Shown here one piece after another: positions 17,837 to 30,500 of a stretch of 64,000 bases of DNA (positions are counted from its first letter, which is position 1; each line of letters opens with the position of its first letter). Made by a program: the position numbers and the translations under genes. The notes beneath the pieces were generated by a model, which ran no database searches, was not told the DNA's origin, and saw only the letters and a list, made by a program, of their open reading frames with translations. Origin of the DNA: Trichoplax adhaerens (taxonomy: Eukaryota > Animalia > Placozoa); contig NW_002060946.1 in assembly GCF_000150275.1 (NCBI RefSeq), forward strand, positions 5,990,597 to 6,054,596. Direction: 5' to 3'.

Positions 17837-19626
17837 ATGGAAGCGAATTACGAGTATGAAGTTCCTGGTCTTTCCGATGCATTGACTGAATATAGCATTG
17901 AAATGGTAGGAAAGTTATTGAATTTGTTCAGGATAGTGTTCAAGCGATGAAATCATTTTTTTCAACTATAAATTAATTCTATTTTCAGGAACAAAATGAA
18001 AAGTCACCGACCGTTACTGACCTTAAAGAAAGAATGCTATTATTGGAAGCAGAGAATAGATCATTAAAACAAAGAAATGAAGAATTAATGAAACGTACAG
18101 TTGAATATTCCGAGATGAAAAGACAACATGAATCCTTAACAAATGACAATCAAAGACTCAAACATGCCTTAGTCCAAGCAAACCGTGAAATTAAAGCCTT
18201 AGAGCAGAAATTAATGGAATCTGAAGCTTGTACTCAAGGACTTCTCTTTGAAAGAAGTGAAATTGCTAGTTGCCAATCTATTATTAGTGAATTAAGGAAC
18301 GAAATTGAAGAATTACTAACCGAGATAGCAAGCATGCAGCAAGATTTCTCCATGTATTACTTGGATTTTAAAACTTTGGCAAATCAAAATAAGCGTTTAA
18401 TTATTCAACTTCAAGAATCCTTACACAAAGCAAGGAAACAGAATTTAAAACTTGTTTCCGTCTTGGATTCAAGAGGCCAAGGTAAGCTTAGTGATATAGC
18501 GGCAGTACTGTCACCAAGACAATCAGTTGACAGCCGAACATAGATTTTAGCACATCCTAATCAAATAGACTTACTATTCATACTACAGCGTACTACTATA
18601 CTAGTAGCATAAGTACTAAGACAAAATGGTAAGTTAAATATTATTAATGTATCGCTATTTTTATTACAATCAATAATTAATAGTTGCTAATACCGATCCG
18701 AGGATTGCAAATACAATTGCAGAAAGCCAAGATACTGAGAACCTTAGAAAGCAAAATTTAAGACTTCAGACTGAGGTATGTAAGATAAATATTATATCAT
18801 TGCAGACATCTAGTTAACACAATCATATTTACGGAGACTCTGAATGCCATCCGCAATAGTAAAGTTCAGCATTACTATGCTATCAATATTATTCAAATAG
18901 CTTATTTATTGTGCATATTAAGATCTTGAATACATGCGAAATTGTTGCATCTGAGGTTAATTAATGGAATTGTTATGATCAACTTAGGTCAACTTCTTCA
19001 AAAATGAAGCGAAAGATCACGAGATTAAAAATAGAAAATTACACTCACGATTATTAGACAGCAACGCCAGATTAGTGCAAGTTAATAGTATATTAAAGCA
19101 ATCGACTAGACTGCATAATTTTGAAAAACAACGTGAATCTCGTAGACCGATGGTCAATACTAATGAAACTAATGCTAATGCTAATGCTAATGCTAATGCT
19201 AATGCTAATGCTAATGAAATCATTCCAAAGAGCGAAGACTTACCAAAGCGAAATTCCTACTTAAGTTCGACTTCATATGGTTATCACAGTGCCGCTGACT
19301 CTGGTGAGGTTCGTTCACATGAACGGTTAAGTCAAGATTTACACTCCTTATACGAGCACAGTGGCTGCGATTTATCAGAAAGTAGTAATGAGGATTTTGG
19401 ACATGTGCCTAGAGAATATATGCAATTATGTAACATAAATCGGAAAAGTAATGGAAGCAGTAACAACAGCGCTACCACAATGGTAGCTAGTCACCAGCCG
19501 AGGGATTATCTTAATCCCGCTAATCATTATTATACTCATCGTGAGGCGGTTTTGGCCGGAAACGAAAGCACATCTAGTAGTAGCACCATAGTGCAAGGAA
19601 GCTACAATCCTCACAGAACGTCTTAG
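17837..19626 (+). CDS. Uncharacterised coiled-coil protein with a low-complexity Ser/Asn-rich tail (exons 17837-17905, 17989-18481, 18684-18775, 18988-19626)
   Basis: In-frame GT-AG joins link ORFs 18034-18543 and 19075-19626. Long heptad pattern (LLEAENRSLKQRNEELMKR...IISELRNEIEELLTEIASMQ). No family recognised. Confidence 0.7.
19171..19212 (+). repeat. (AATGCT)7 coding microsatellite encoding poly(Asn-Ala)
   Basis: Seven perfect hexamer units in frame. Confidence 0.95.
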
Positions 19627-21029
19627 TAAAATTATACCTTAGTGTACATTAGACTACTAATTTCCGTGGCAGGAGTTACCTGTACTCAGTTATTTATGTC
19701 AATTATTACTGAAGCCTAAATATTTTCAAATTGAAACAATTTATGTTATTACTATTTAGCCCTAATTAATACTACTGAAGTGGCAGTATTAGATATAGCA
19801 ATGCTGACGCTAGGGTAGTTTCATAATTTATAAAAAGAGCAATGTTCTCTACGCTGATACTGATAATAACGGTTACAGAACTTTGCATTGATCTCGGCCT
19901 CAAAAAGTGAAATATTTGTAATGAAGATAAATAACTTAAAGTCGTGTAATACCATTTTAAATTACAGATTGAAAAACTATGTATGATATAGAAAATTCGA
20001 TTTGAGATATCTATAATTGAAATTGGTAGCAAATTATTTCTGAGTAATAAGTGATGTATCGATCATGTTGTTAATTTATGATTCAGAGGCACAACCTTTA
20101 CCTTTAAAAATAATATTACAGTCAAAACTTATCTTCTGATGTTACTCGTGTTAACGATCTGGTCGTCATTTGTACAATAAGATTAGTGTATCAAATCTGT
20201 TGCTATCCAGCAAAATACAGCATTCGAAATGGTACCTATACTGCTGGTGTGTTTGTAATTTTAATTGAATGTTTCTTGATTTCCCGCCTGATAGGTATTT
20301 GACAAGAGCATACAGTTTCTGCATGTGATTTTAATGACCTTTATTAAACACTTAAAAGAGCACCAAATTTCGATACACCGGTAAAGAGCAGAGATGCATT
20401 ACCGGTAATTAATTGTAATTGTATATTGGATTACATAATGTATATATACAGTATACATATATATATAGTGATAAAATATTCTAAGCTTCGAAAAGATATT
20501 CTATATTCGAGAATATGTGTTGCCGTAAACATTACCTTATTGATAATGAATAAAAAATGTGCTTTATTACTTTTATTCTAAAGCCTTTTATGGATCTATT
20601 ATATTAATTAACTATATTGTTAAAGATACTTGGAAGATGGCAAGATTCAGTATTCGAAGTACAGTACCCATAATAATATATAGTGGCATATATATATGTA
20701 CATATATACATATAATAAATAAATCAGTTACCTTTGACTCCCTTGCGTAGTTATCTGGCAATCATGGCATGACTGTCGCCATTCCAAGACAGCTTACTTA
20801 CAATAATTACATGATATGTATGTATACTCACCATTTGTGAAGTATGACTTACTGTATCTTTATAAGTTATGACATCAATTCGATGAAATTTCATAGATTA
20901 GTTGACAACAGGTATATTTGATGTATGTAATACAAGTTCATTTTCATACTATTAATACTCACACAATACTATACTGTATGCGATTTACATGCTGTCTAAA
21001 TCTTAGGCAAGATATGTAAGCTAGTAACT

Positions 21030-24000
21030 TTAGAAGTTCCTTTTATGAGGTTCAACATATTCCATTTGAATGATATCGAAAATGTCCTCTTCGCAAGTAA
21101 TCGGGATTGCTTCTCCATGTACACCTACGCATTACAGAAACGAAATAAATAAATATTTAAGTTTTATAATGGTAACGCATTAATATTCTTCACAATAGTT
21201 ACAGTATTACACTATGTAGTAGCAACATGCAAAATACAAGATCAGGTAAGAATGTTTAATCAGTATTATTGCATACGCGTATATACAGTACATATATGTA
21301 TTACAGACGACTACTACAGAAATGTACGTTTTGTCAAGTATGGTACAAACTGTAAACAACTACTACAAGTTACAAATTTACAGGTATGCATATGCTAGAA
21401 GTATTTTGAAACAAGTACCAACTAGCAAGCACAGTAATGGTAACTGTCAGCAGCGACATAGTGTTTACTTCTTACGACGCAGTTGTTCAATAAACTTACA
21501 GTATACGAGTATATCTGTTATGATAATAAAAAATCCGAATTTAGTCGATCCTAAGATTGACTAGCCCTTTAGTCAGTCCTAGGACTGTTTAGTTAATCTT
21601 AAGATTGACTAAATTCAGGTTATGACCATTGCTTATCTACGTCACGCAAACTACAGTATGAATACTAATAGCTAAAAGCAATGTCAAATTATAAGAGATA
21701 AGCTAAATTGCAGTTACATGACTCCAAAAATTATTCAATTAGTACTAGATGAAAGGTTGTAAATGAACAAATCGAATTGAGATGGTTTTATACAGTAACC
21801 TCTACATCTGAGAATCAAATAATTGGTAGTATCATACATTCGCTATAGATCATTACTAATACCTGTCGTTCCTATTGGTCTGCATTGGGTATAAGAGAAG
21901 CGGTAATGTAAAGGAGAAATGTTAGTATAATACACTTATTATAATTGCATGAGATAGGCACATAAACGCTACTATACTGTACATCTACTGTACATCAGTT
22001 TACCTTATGCAATATTCATTTAGGGTAAATCCTTTTTCTATTGCAGTTTGTCGCATCCGCTTATTGAAGAGATCACTACCGGTAAAGTAGAGCAATCCAC
22101 ACAGGTACTGATCATAGCAGAGTAACCTAAAATGAGATAGAGATTGTTTCAGATAAAGGTAGATGTATAATCTAATCGGATACAATTAAAATTTTATTCA
22201 TGACTAGTAGAGTTCTATAGCTAAATATTATAGCGCGAAGATATCGCCATATTACGATTTCTATATCTAGCCTTATATCGATCCTTCTATGAATGTTATC
22301 AGGGTTATCGTTGTCAGGTAATCTGCAGACACCCTTTGCGGTAGAGCAATGCAAAATATTTGGAATTAAGAAAAAAACTTTGGTAGATTATATTTTACTG
22401 TATCAGAATCGATTAAAATCGAACAGACCATAAATTTTGTATTTCCTATAGAAATTGTATCTGTAATGACATGTGCATTTTCTAGCTTTTTAACGACTTG
22501 ATGTAATAAAGATGCCTATTAGAAGAGAACTTAGTACTAATACATATACACTATACTACACAGACGCGACAATTAATTCGTGAACTTATACAGTATAAAC
22601 GCTCTTCACCTTATTGCCGATTTTTTTATCAGAAGTATAGGAAGGATGAGATAGCAGGAAGTCAATGTCACCACTACTTTCAGCACCTGCAATTAAAAAT
22701 GACGCGTCTGGTACCAATCCTGTCTGACGATTATTATAGTATGAATGCGGCCGTATTACCTCTTCGATAGCTCCCACATACTTCAACCGTGTATGCTGTA
22801 TCGACAGAATGAATATTTTTCTTGATTATGGCCTACGTTAATGCAGGTAAAGATTCTTTAGTCACTTGACACAGAAGTACCGTATAGACTTGGAAGATAC
22901 ACAAAAAATATTTCAGCTAAATCTATGCTAGAATGATTCGATCAATACTGAACCTCGAATTCGGTAACCATTTTGCGAGGGATACGTTTCTCAAAATCAT
23001 CGACATATCTAATTAGTAAAAACAAAAGAGCGATAAACGGTGTAGAAATTTATTTTACTAAATTTAGAATTACTACATTATATTGAAATTAAAAGTTGTA
23101 CCGCAAGCCAATTTGCTGATGGTGATTTAAGAGGATTTGCTGTTTTCGCAAATCTACGTTGAAATAAGGGTAAAGTCATGGTTTACCGAATTTGAGGAGA
23201 AACTCTATTTTACGAAATGCTATTGAATTTAGTGTGTTAACCTTCGATGGATTTGATGCCTTTATCAAAAAACTTGCGTGCAGCAGCTGGCCTATGGATG
23301 ATAACGATACTACAGTAAGTATTATTATCGTAGTATCTATAATGGCTAGAAAAAATCGCTGTGTAAATTCTATCTACGGTATTTTACTATTCATCTACTG
23401 GGCCATACCCAATGCCAGTTACCCGGGTCAATTCATTGATAGCTACAGTTGTATCATCAGCTCTTATCTACAGTATAAGTATATAAGCGATGCATAAATG
23501 TAAAGTTATTTTATTAAAGTTATTGAAAATATTTATTGAGTTACATTACCTATTACAGTGCTAGTTGTTTTATTCTGTAATGGCTTTATATCACTTTGGT
23601 TAATGTACTGTACAACTTCATTATGATTATTGTAACATATAGTACAATCATTTCAATCCATTATCACCTTATTAAGTTTTTTCAACGATCCAGTGTTGAT
23701 AAATTCTTCAATTTTTTGAGCAATTTTCTCGCCAATACCTTCCTGAAATATTATCACAGTATTTACGATAAGAGCATATTACTGTATTCAATTAATTTTG
23801 AAAAGTACTGTTAGAATCGGGAACAGTGAATGATATGTATGTTTAGTATTACTTTACAAATGTTAACGTTTTGGATACATTAAAGAGTTGGGATTAAAAG
23901 ATACTCATTACTATACATAAGTATTGCTTGATAATTTGCATTATGGCCATACCAATTTTTTGGCTTGTGCACCGCTAGTTATTCTTTGGGGATGCTTCGC

Positions 24001-25396
24001 AAGAACATTGGCGGCTTTCCTGATTTAAATTTATTGAAAGTGAATAACGAAAATTATTTATGTGATTATGGTTAGTACATACTTTCAGTCCACTTTAACG
24101 CTATTGAGTAGTGTTACAGTAGTACGGTCTTGCATGATATAGAGAACTACTGGAAGAGTCAAACTGATTCCGGTATTAACAATCACTTCTCTTATCGTAA
24201 TCCACTATATAATATATATTTATAAATTTTCAATACAGCATCCATTGGATTGTAATGGATACATATGGGTAGATATTGCACTAATGTACAGTACATTTGA
24301 ATTCTATTAACTTATTTATTACTTTAGGAGGATGATGAAAATAATTCAAGTAATGCAATTCGCTTAGGAAGCGTTCTTTGCGAGAATCCTGGTAATAACA
24401 AATGCAATATAATACGGTGTTCAAAGATGACAGTGCTTACCTGTAGGCGGAAAATTTATGCATTTGGCGATTAACATTTTTTTCATAGTCAGCTAATTCT
24501 ATAATTATATAATAAAAATTTATAGAAACGTTGTAGTTCATTCATATATAAGATGATTGACTTTATCAACAAAATTATTAGACAGTGAATTACACCAATA
24601 TTGTCTGGAATTGAAAACAGTTTATATTAATGTGTATTGCATTTGATAACCCTATTTTGAAATTTACGTAATGCGGTATTAATGACTCGCTGAATAAGTT
24701 GGTTTAAGTGGAGCAGACTAGTATGATCCATGTAAATAGTCATTGATTTAACGAAAAGGTAAGAGTTATTTACTACAGAATAGAGTCTATACTAATTACT
24801 GTACCGATTTGATCAACATGTATGACTCTACTAAAGGGTGCAGTCTAATATGGACAAGCTAAAAAAATTCTGGCATGATTAACTCGAGTACTAAGCATAT
24901 GATCAAAGTAAAAAAGTTAACATCATTTGAACGAACTTGTTCATAAATCAACAACGATTATTCTACCGATCCATGTGCGTTTCCTATTTACTGTACTGCA
25001 CCATAACATAACTTGAGAATGGAGTCCCTTTTTCAAGCTAACATTACAAATCTAATAGCCCTTTTTCCTTGATCGATGTACACTAAACATATCGATAGGC
25101 GTATAGCCATTTTCATTCCTTTACTTTAATCCATACAGTAATAGCAATCGATTGGCAATTCGATACCGGATGATATTTATACGTGTATCATTCATTTATC
25201 CAATACATTTCCTACCTTAACGTCAATTACTTTTACCGTAGTCTTTACTCAACTTTAAAACTACGAGTATAGGACGTATAGTCTCATACTCCTTGGTCAT
25301 GTATCCTATTTCGTGTAAGTTAGTATTACCTATTAAGAAATCGCAAAATTCGGCATTAACATTATTTGTTGGAGCTTTCCTTTTGGCTGATGACAT
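21030..25396 (-). CDS. POLB: DNA polymerase beta (X family), 15 coding exons
   Basis: Spliced product MSSAKRKAP...ELADYEKNV...KFSAYRKAA...[10 protein letters not shown]...[21 protein letters not shown]...HRRIDIRL...[14 protein letters not shown]...[16 protein letters not shown]...[20 protein letters not shown]. Catalytic aspartates and the lyase lysine are present; there is no BRCT domain, so it is not Pol lambda or mu. Confidence 0.97.
21532..21621. repeat. Nested palindromic minisatellite / hairpin in the last POLB intron
   Basis: Three variants of the palindrome TTAGTCAATCYTARGATTGACTAA, and the whole block is itself an inverted repeat. Confidence 0.85.
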
Positions 25397-25681
25397 GTTG
25401 CAATTTCGTTGGTCTGTTTTACTTCACTCAACTACTATAGGAGCTGTTAGCTGCACGTCTTATAATGTTTCAATATTGCTCTATTAACAGTCTTATTGAT
25501 TATTTCTGTTTATGACGTGATGACAGCTGATAGAAGCCGTAGGGTTTCGACTCAAAGCATCGGGAACAGTCCCTACTGTGTATATATACAGTCTACAGGA
25601 TAAGAACTTGTCATGGCGTAGTCTTATTGATTCTAGATCATGTTAGAACATATCTATCACTTGAACAATACAATTTGAATG

Positions 25682-26182
25682 TGATGATTATTTATAGCAA
25701 GAGAATAACGTCGGAATAACTTAAGCAATTTGCCCCTCCTCCTGTTCTATTTTAAAATACACTCTACTAAATTTATCTGTTAATATCTACTTATAGATCG
25801 ATAGATGGCATACTGAGTTATTTGATAGGATGTATATCGATTTACTATGATGATTATTTATAGCAAGAGAATAACGTCGGAACGACTTAAGCAATTTGCC
25901 CCTCCTCCTGTTCTATTTAAATACACTCCACTAAATTTATCTGTTAATATCTACTTATGGATAGATAGATGAGATACTGGGTTATTTGATAGGATATCTA
26001 TCTATTTACTATGATGATTATTTATAGCAAGAGAATAATGTCGGAACGACTTAATCCTTTTGCCCCTCCTCCTGCTCTATTTTAAAATACACTCCACTAA
26101 ATGTATCTGTTCATATCTACAGCACTTATCGATAGATAGATGAGATACTGTGTTATTTGATAGGATATATATCTATTTACTA
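25682..26182. repeat. Tandem triplication of a ~165 bp unit upstream of POLB
   Basis: TGATGATTATTTATAGCAAGAGAATAA starts at 25682, 25848 and 26012; TTTGCCCCTCCTCCTG is shared by all copies. Confidence 0.95.
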
Positions 26183-26667
26183 AGAAGCGAATCACTAGTT
26201 TTATCACTTTTATGTAGAGAGCAAAAATCAATCAATCCGTACAGTAGTAAATAAGCTGAACTAGATAGCATTGTAGCGGATACAGTAAAGAACACCAGTG
26301 TAGCTGGCAAGGAATACAATACTACATTCTAATCTGATACTGGTCAGTAGAGTATGGTACAAGGGGGAAAATAAGTTACTGTCATGGACTACTAGGAGTA
26401 ATTGAGTAATCCATGGCAGGCCCTTCGATTAAGTATGCTGGTTTATTAGTCTATGGTAATGTACAGAGGGATTATTTGGATTCTTTTCGATGGCAAGATT
26501 GTGGTGAAAATACAGTATAAGAATAGAATTTATCGAAATTGCCTCGTAAAACATCTACACCGACATTGCACCCAGTTTAGGCTTAATTTAATGTATATGA
26601 TAAACAAAATTATTTCTGATTTTGCCATCTAATTAATTAATTCAATAAACTAATTTTCACAGTAGAA

Positions 26668-27153
26668 GACTACTAGAAAAGGAAATTGCTATCACACTGG
26701 ACACTGTGTACAGTACTGGTTTGGACAGACATTTCAGACACATATCATCAAAATACTGTTTCAAACGCATGCATTCATTATTACTTCAATATGTAGATGC
26801 TGGATTCAGCAATAAGCGTAATTTTAAGCGGTAAGTAACTATTTTTGGACATTTTGCCATATCTTTAAAAATCCGTCCACCTAAAGGAAAGTTTGCATTC
26901 CAGGTCTTCTTCACTATCAGGACTATAGTATTATCCTGAACCAGTTTTGCTTTAAAGTAGTTCTATAAAATTATAAATGTTGAATGACATGGATTAGACT
27001 AACGCACTTAATCCTAAATAAGGATCAATTACTAAGAGTGACTTAGAATAGAGACACAGAAGATCCAAATTAAGTAACTATTTTGCGCCATTTTGTCCCA
27101 TCTGAAAAATCTGTCCATCCGAGGAGAGTTTCCAGTCCAGGTCTTGACTATCA
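26668..27153. mobile_element. Degenerate relatives of the 14119-14486 TIR element (one left arm at ~26668, right arms at 26832-26919 and 27047-27153)
   Basis: The reverse complement of 27047-27143 (CCTGGACTGGAAACTCTCCTCGGATGGAC...AAAATAGTTACT...GATCTTC) aligns with 14137-14235. GACTACTAGAAAA at 26668 equals the reverse complement of the 14486 terminus. Confidence 0.65.
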
Positions 27154-27545
27154 CAACTCCAGTACGGTACAGTGTACAGTACTGGACTGCACTGTAGCGG
27201 TACAATCCAGTTCTAGCCAGGCCATAGAAAATGCAGGCTCGAGTCACGGCCAACTACAGTACTGTGCACTGTAAGAAACTGGCTATGGACTGGAATTAGT
27301 CATTCATACTACAGTATAGTAAAATGGTGAAGAATGGAATCTGCGGCTTTGTGCTCCACAGCTGCAGGCCAAGTGGCAAGTTTGCATCTATTGCAGGTTC
27401 CTTTGCAGTCAGCACAGGTTGAAAACAGATTTACTTACAGACAACTTGATCATTCATCCACCATATGCGTGCAGTCGATCATTTGCGCTAAGATTAGAAA
27501 CACAGCGATCAAGCGTGGACTCTCTTCGAAAATTGGCCTATCCAA

Positions 27546-30500
27546 ATGAACAACTGGCGTACTGTTTGCCATTGGGGACCGTTAATTGCGATTTCGGTGA
27601 TCTTGGCTATTACCAGTTCTACGATCTATTGCAGTTTATTATGGTGGCCCATTCATACCCAAGGTGGAATTATTAATTTAACGCTATTTCTATCATGGGT
27701 TGTAGCAACATTTTATAATTTCTTTCGAGCGATTCATTTGGGCCCTGGCTATGTACCAGAAGGTTGGCGACCGGTAAGAAAGTAGATGATGTCATGCCTA
27801 TTTTATGCATGTCGTAATGGCGTCCTCACCTTATTGTCTATCAAATTACCATAGCTGATGTCATGCTATAGGAATACACCAGTCTTGAAGTCATCAACAT
27901 GGATTAATGAGAATCAGAGTACTCTAAAATAACATCTGCTAATCCTATTGTAGAACGAATGGCTTTTAGTAGTAGCTGATGGGGTTGTCATGTATTCGCC
28001 ATAGCATCCAATTGCTCTAATACGACTGCAGGCGTAGGTGCAATTGTGCATATCAGTCATTCATACGCTTCTTGCCTGTGGTCAATGTCTTCTAGATGAT
28101 CATCATTTTCACCATACACTTGAAATTAAACTGGATTTCACTTGAGCTGCCATTTTAACGATGCTAGTGGCTATAATGGATATTGATAGGATGAGCACAT
28201 CGTCAGCTGCTCAATTCATACTCGTAATGCATGTGTTCTCTTTTCGACGCGTATCAGCGTATGGTTAATAAAAAATAAATAAACGTAACACAACACAACA
28301 AATAAGTGACAAGAACAAGCTGTAGTAAATCTGGTTAGCATCAACGTACTTATCATTACTCAGAAAAAGGCTCCTTTATAGGGAAGTGAATTAATAATTA
28401 ATTACTGTTTGACTAGCACCTCTAGGATATTGACTTCAACTATATCTACTCAGAGTAGAATCGTCGCAATAGATGCATGATATGAAAAATTTAGTTAATA
28501 TGGAATCTAATATTTAAATGCAATATCAACAACAAGCTTTCGCAGCTAATTGTAATCATTTGTTATTAGAGAACTAAGTGCTTCCTAACCACAAGCTTGT
28601 AATGATGTAATGTTGACTTAATCCACTTTACTCTAAATTACTTTTGTCATCGTCGAACTGAGATGTTTTCATAAGAATGCTTACTCGCATATCATGGCAC
28701 TATGTCAGCCATAAATGAATCAAACCAGCCGGCAAGATTTTTAACTTCAATTTAATATTTTGACTAGCATTATATTCGTATAGTTAATTATAATTATTAA
28801 CCGAAAACGATTATAAAGTTTACGCTCGATTGCAAATATGACTGTTAAATTTTGATGATAACTTATAAATAAGCTCGATTGTTACCTTTATTGCTACATG
28901 AATAGATACTCTACTTACGCCTGTACTAACTGTCATTTTTGTGATGTTGACAGCGGAAAAAATCAAATGAGAAATTTTTGCAATATTGCAAAATTTGTCT
29001 TTCCTTCAAAGTACCACGATCCCATCACTGCCGAAGATGTAATCGGTAAGATTGTAAATAGCATTTTGATCGCCGTCAATAGATTGAAATTAGGATACTA
29101 ATCATAAATATTAGTTATAAACATTACTTGCATAGAATATAGCATAAACGACATAATCCATTATTATAAGCGACAAAAATCATTATCTTCCGCTAGGTGC
29201 GTTATGAAAATGGATCATCATTGTCCCTGGATTAACGGTTGCGTTGGCCATTTTAATCACAAAAATTTTACCCTCTTTCTCTTCTTTGCACCATGCGGTT
29301 GTATACAGTCAACTTTTATCTTGATTGCATACTTTATCCATTTTATCAGAACGGTAAATCTTAAGTACCCCGCATACCCATATCTATATATAAATGTTAA
29401 ACTACTTAGAAAAGAAGAATGACTGCAATTCTCGTTGTAGAATAATTACAATTCAGGATTTTGCTCGTTGCGCACATTATCACTCACAATGATTGCTATT
29501 GTATCTGTTGCATAATGTACTCGTACACATAGATACCATTTACATCATTATTGTGGCATACTAATACAGTAATCATACAATTTTAGTTGATATTGTACAA
29601 GACAATTTCTTTCAAATTGTAGTCCAGATAGTTAATCTTTTTATGTCCTAACTCGTAACTAACTCAATACAGTACTGCATATATATGCTAGTGTACCAAA
29701 GGTGATGTCGTAATACTTGCTTTAAAGAGAATAATATGTATTCTTCATCAACACGTTGGTATTTAATTGTATTTTAGGGAGGTGTAGCCTATTATATCAA
29801 CAACGATGACTATTTTAATGTATTTGGAGTAATCTTTGCTATGGTCACAGTCGGTTTGTCCATTGGAGTTATTTTAGCAGTAGGAATGCTACTTTATATA
29901 CAGCTTAAATCTATAATCAGAAATGAAACTGGAGTGGAAAATTGGATTAGAGATAAGGTAACATAGATGTGATCCAATCAGTGGTTGATATTCTGTAATT
30001 GCTTTCTAACTCCTTCCGCAATGCGTAAATGTGCTTAAAACTGATATAATGAATTACACTTTCTATCTTTGCCCTAGGCTAATTATCGGAGAAGTAAAGA
30101 TGAAAAATGGTTATATCCGTATCACTTAGGATACTGGAGGAACATCTTAGAGGTTTAAAATTACAACCTGCCTTACTTTATTCTTACAACTACTATTTAA
30201 ATTTAACAAATAAATTGGACAAATGGCATAATGATGATGTTTTAGTGACTATATATACGCTGTGTACTATTAGGTATGTAATGGATGCAGTGAGCCTAAA
30301 GGCGATGGAATAGTTTGGACTGTCAGAGAAGGCTGTAATCAATATACGATGACCGTTAGTAGTAAAATTTACTAAAATACGCGTAAATAAATCAACAGTT
30401 ATGATAACTACCTTAATCAAATTATTTTTCCATAAATCAGATAGAGCAACTTGAACAGAAGCTCGAAAAGAGAGACAGAACGGTATTAATTAGAGATAAC

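Noticed and set aside
18923-18955. In-frame 33-nt exon candidate in the coiled-coil gene
   Set aside because: It would leave a 32-nt downstream intron, too short compared with the other introns here.
25538-25576. tRNA or B-box-like GGTTTCGACTC inside a GTAGGG/CCCTAC stem
   Set aside because: Too short, with no cloverleaf and no A-box.
25681-25817. Box C/D snoRNA reading of the 165 bp unit (RTGATGA...CTGA)
   Set aside because: The D box is present only in copy 1 (CTGG and CTGT in the others), and there is no terminal stem or recognisable guide.
5874-26182. CRISPR-like interpretation of the repeated units
   Set aside because: Eukaryotic context, whole units repeated without unique spacers, and no cas genes.
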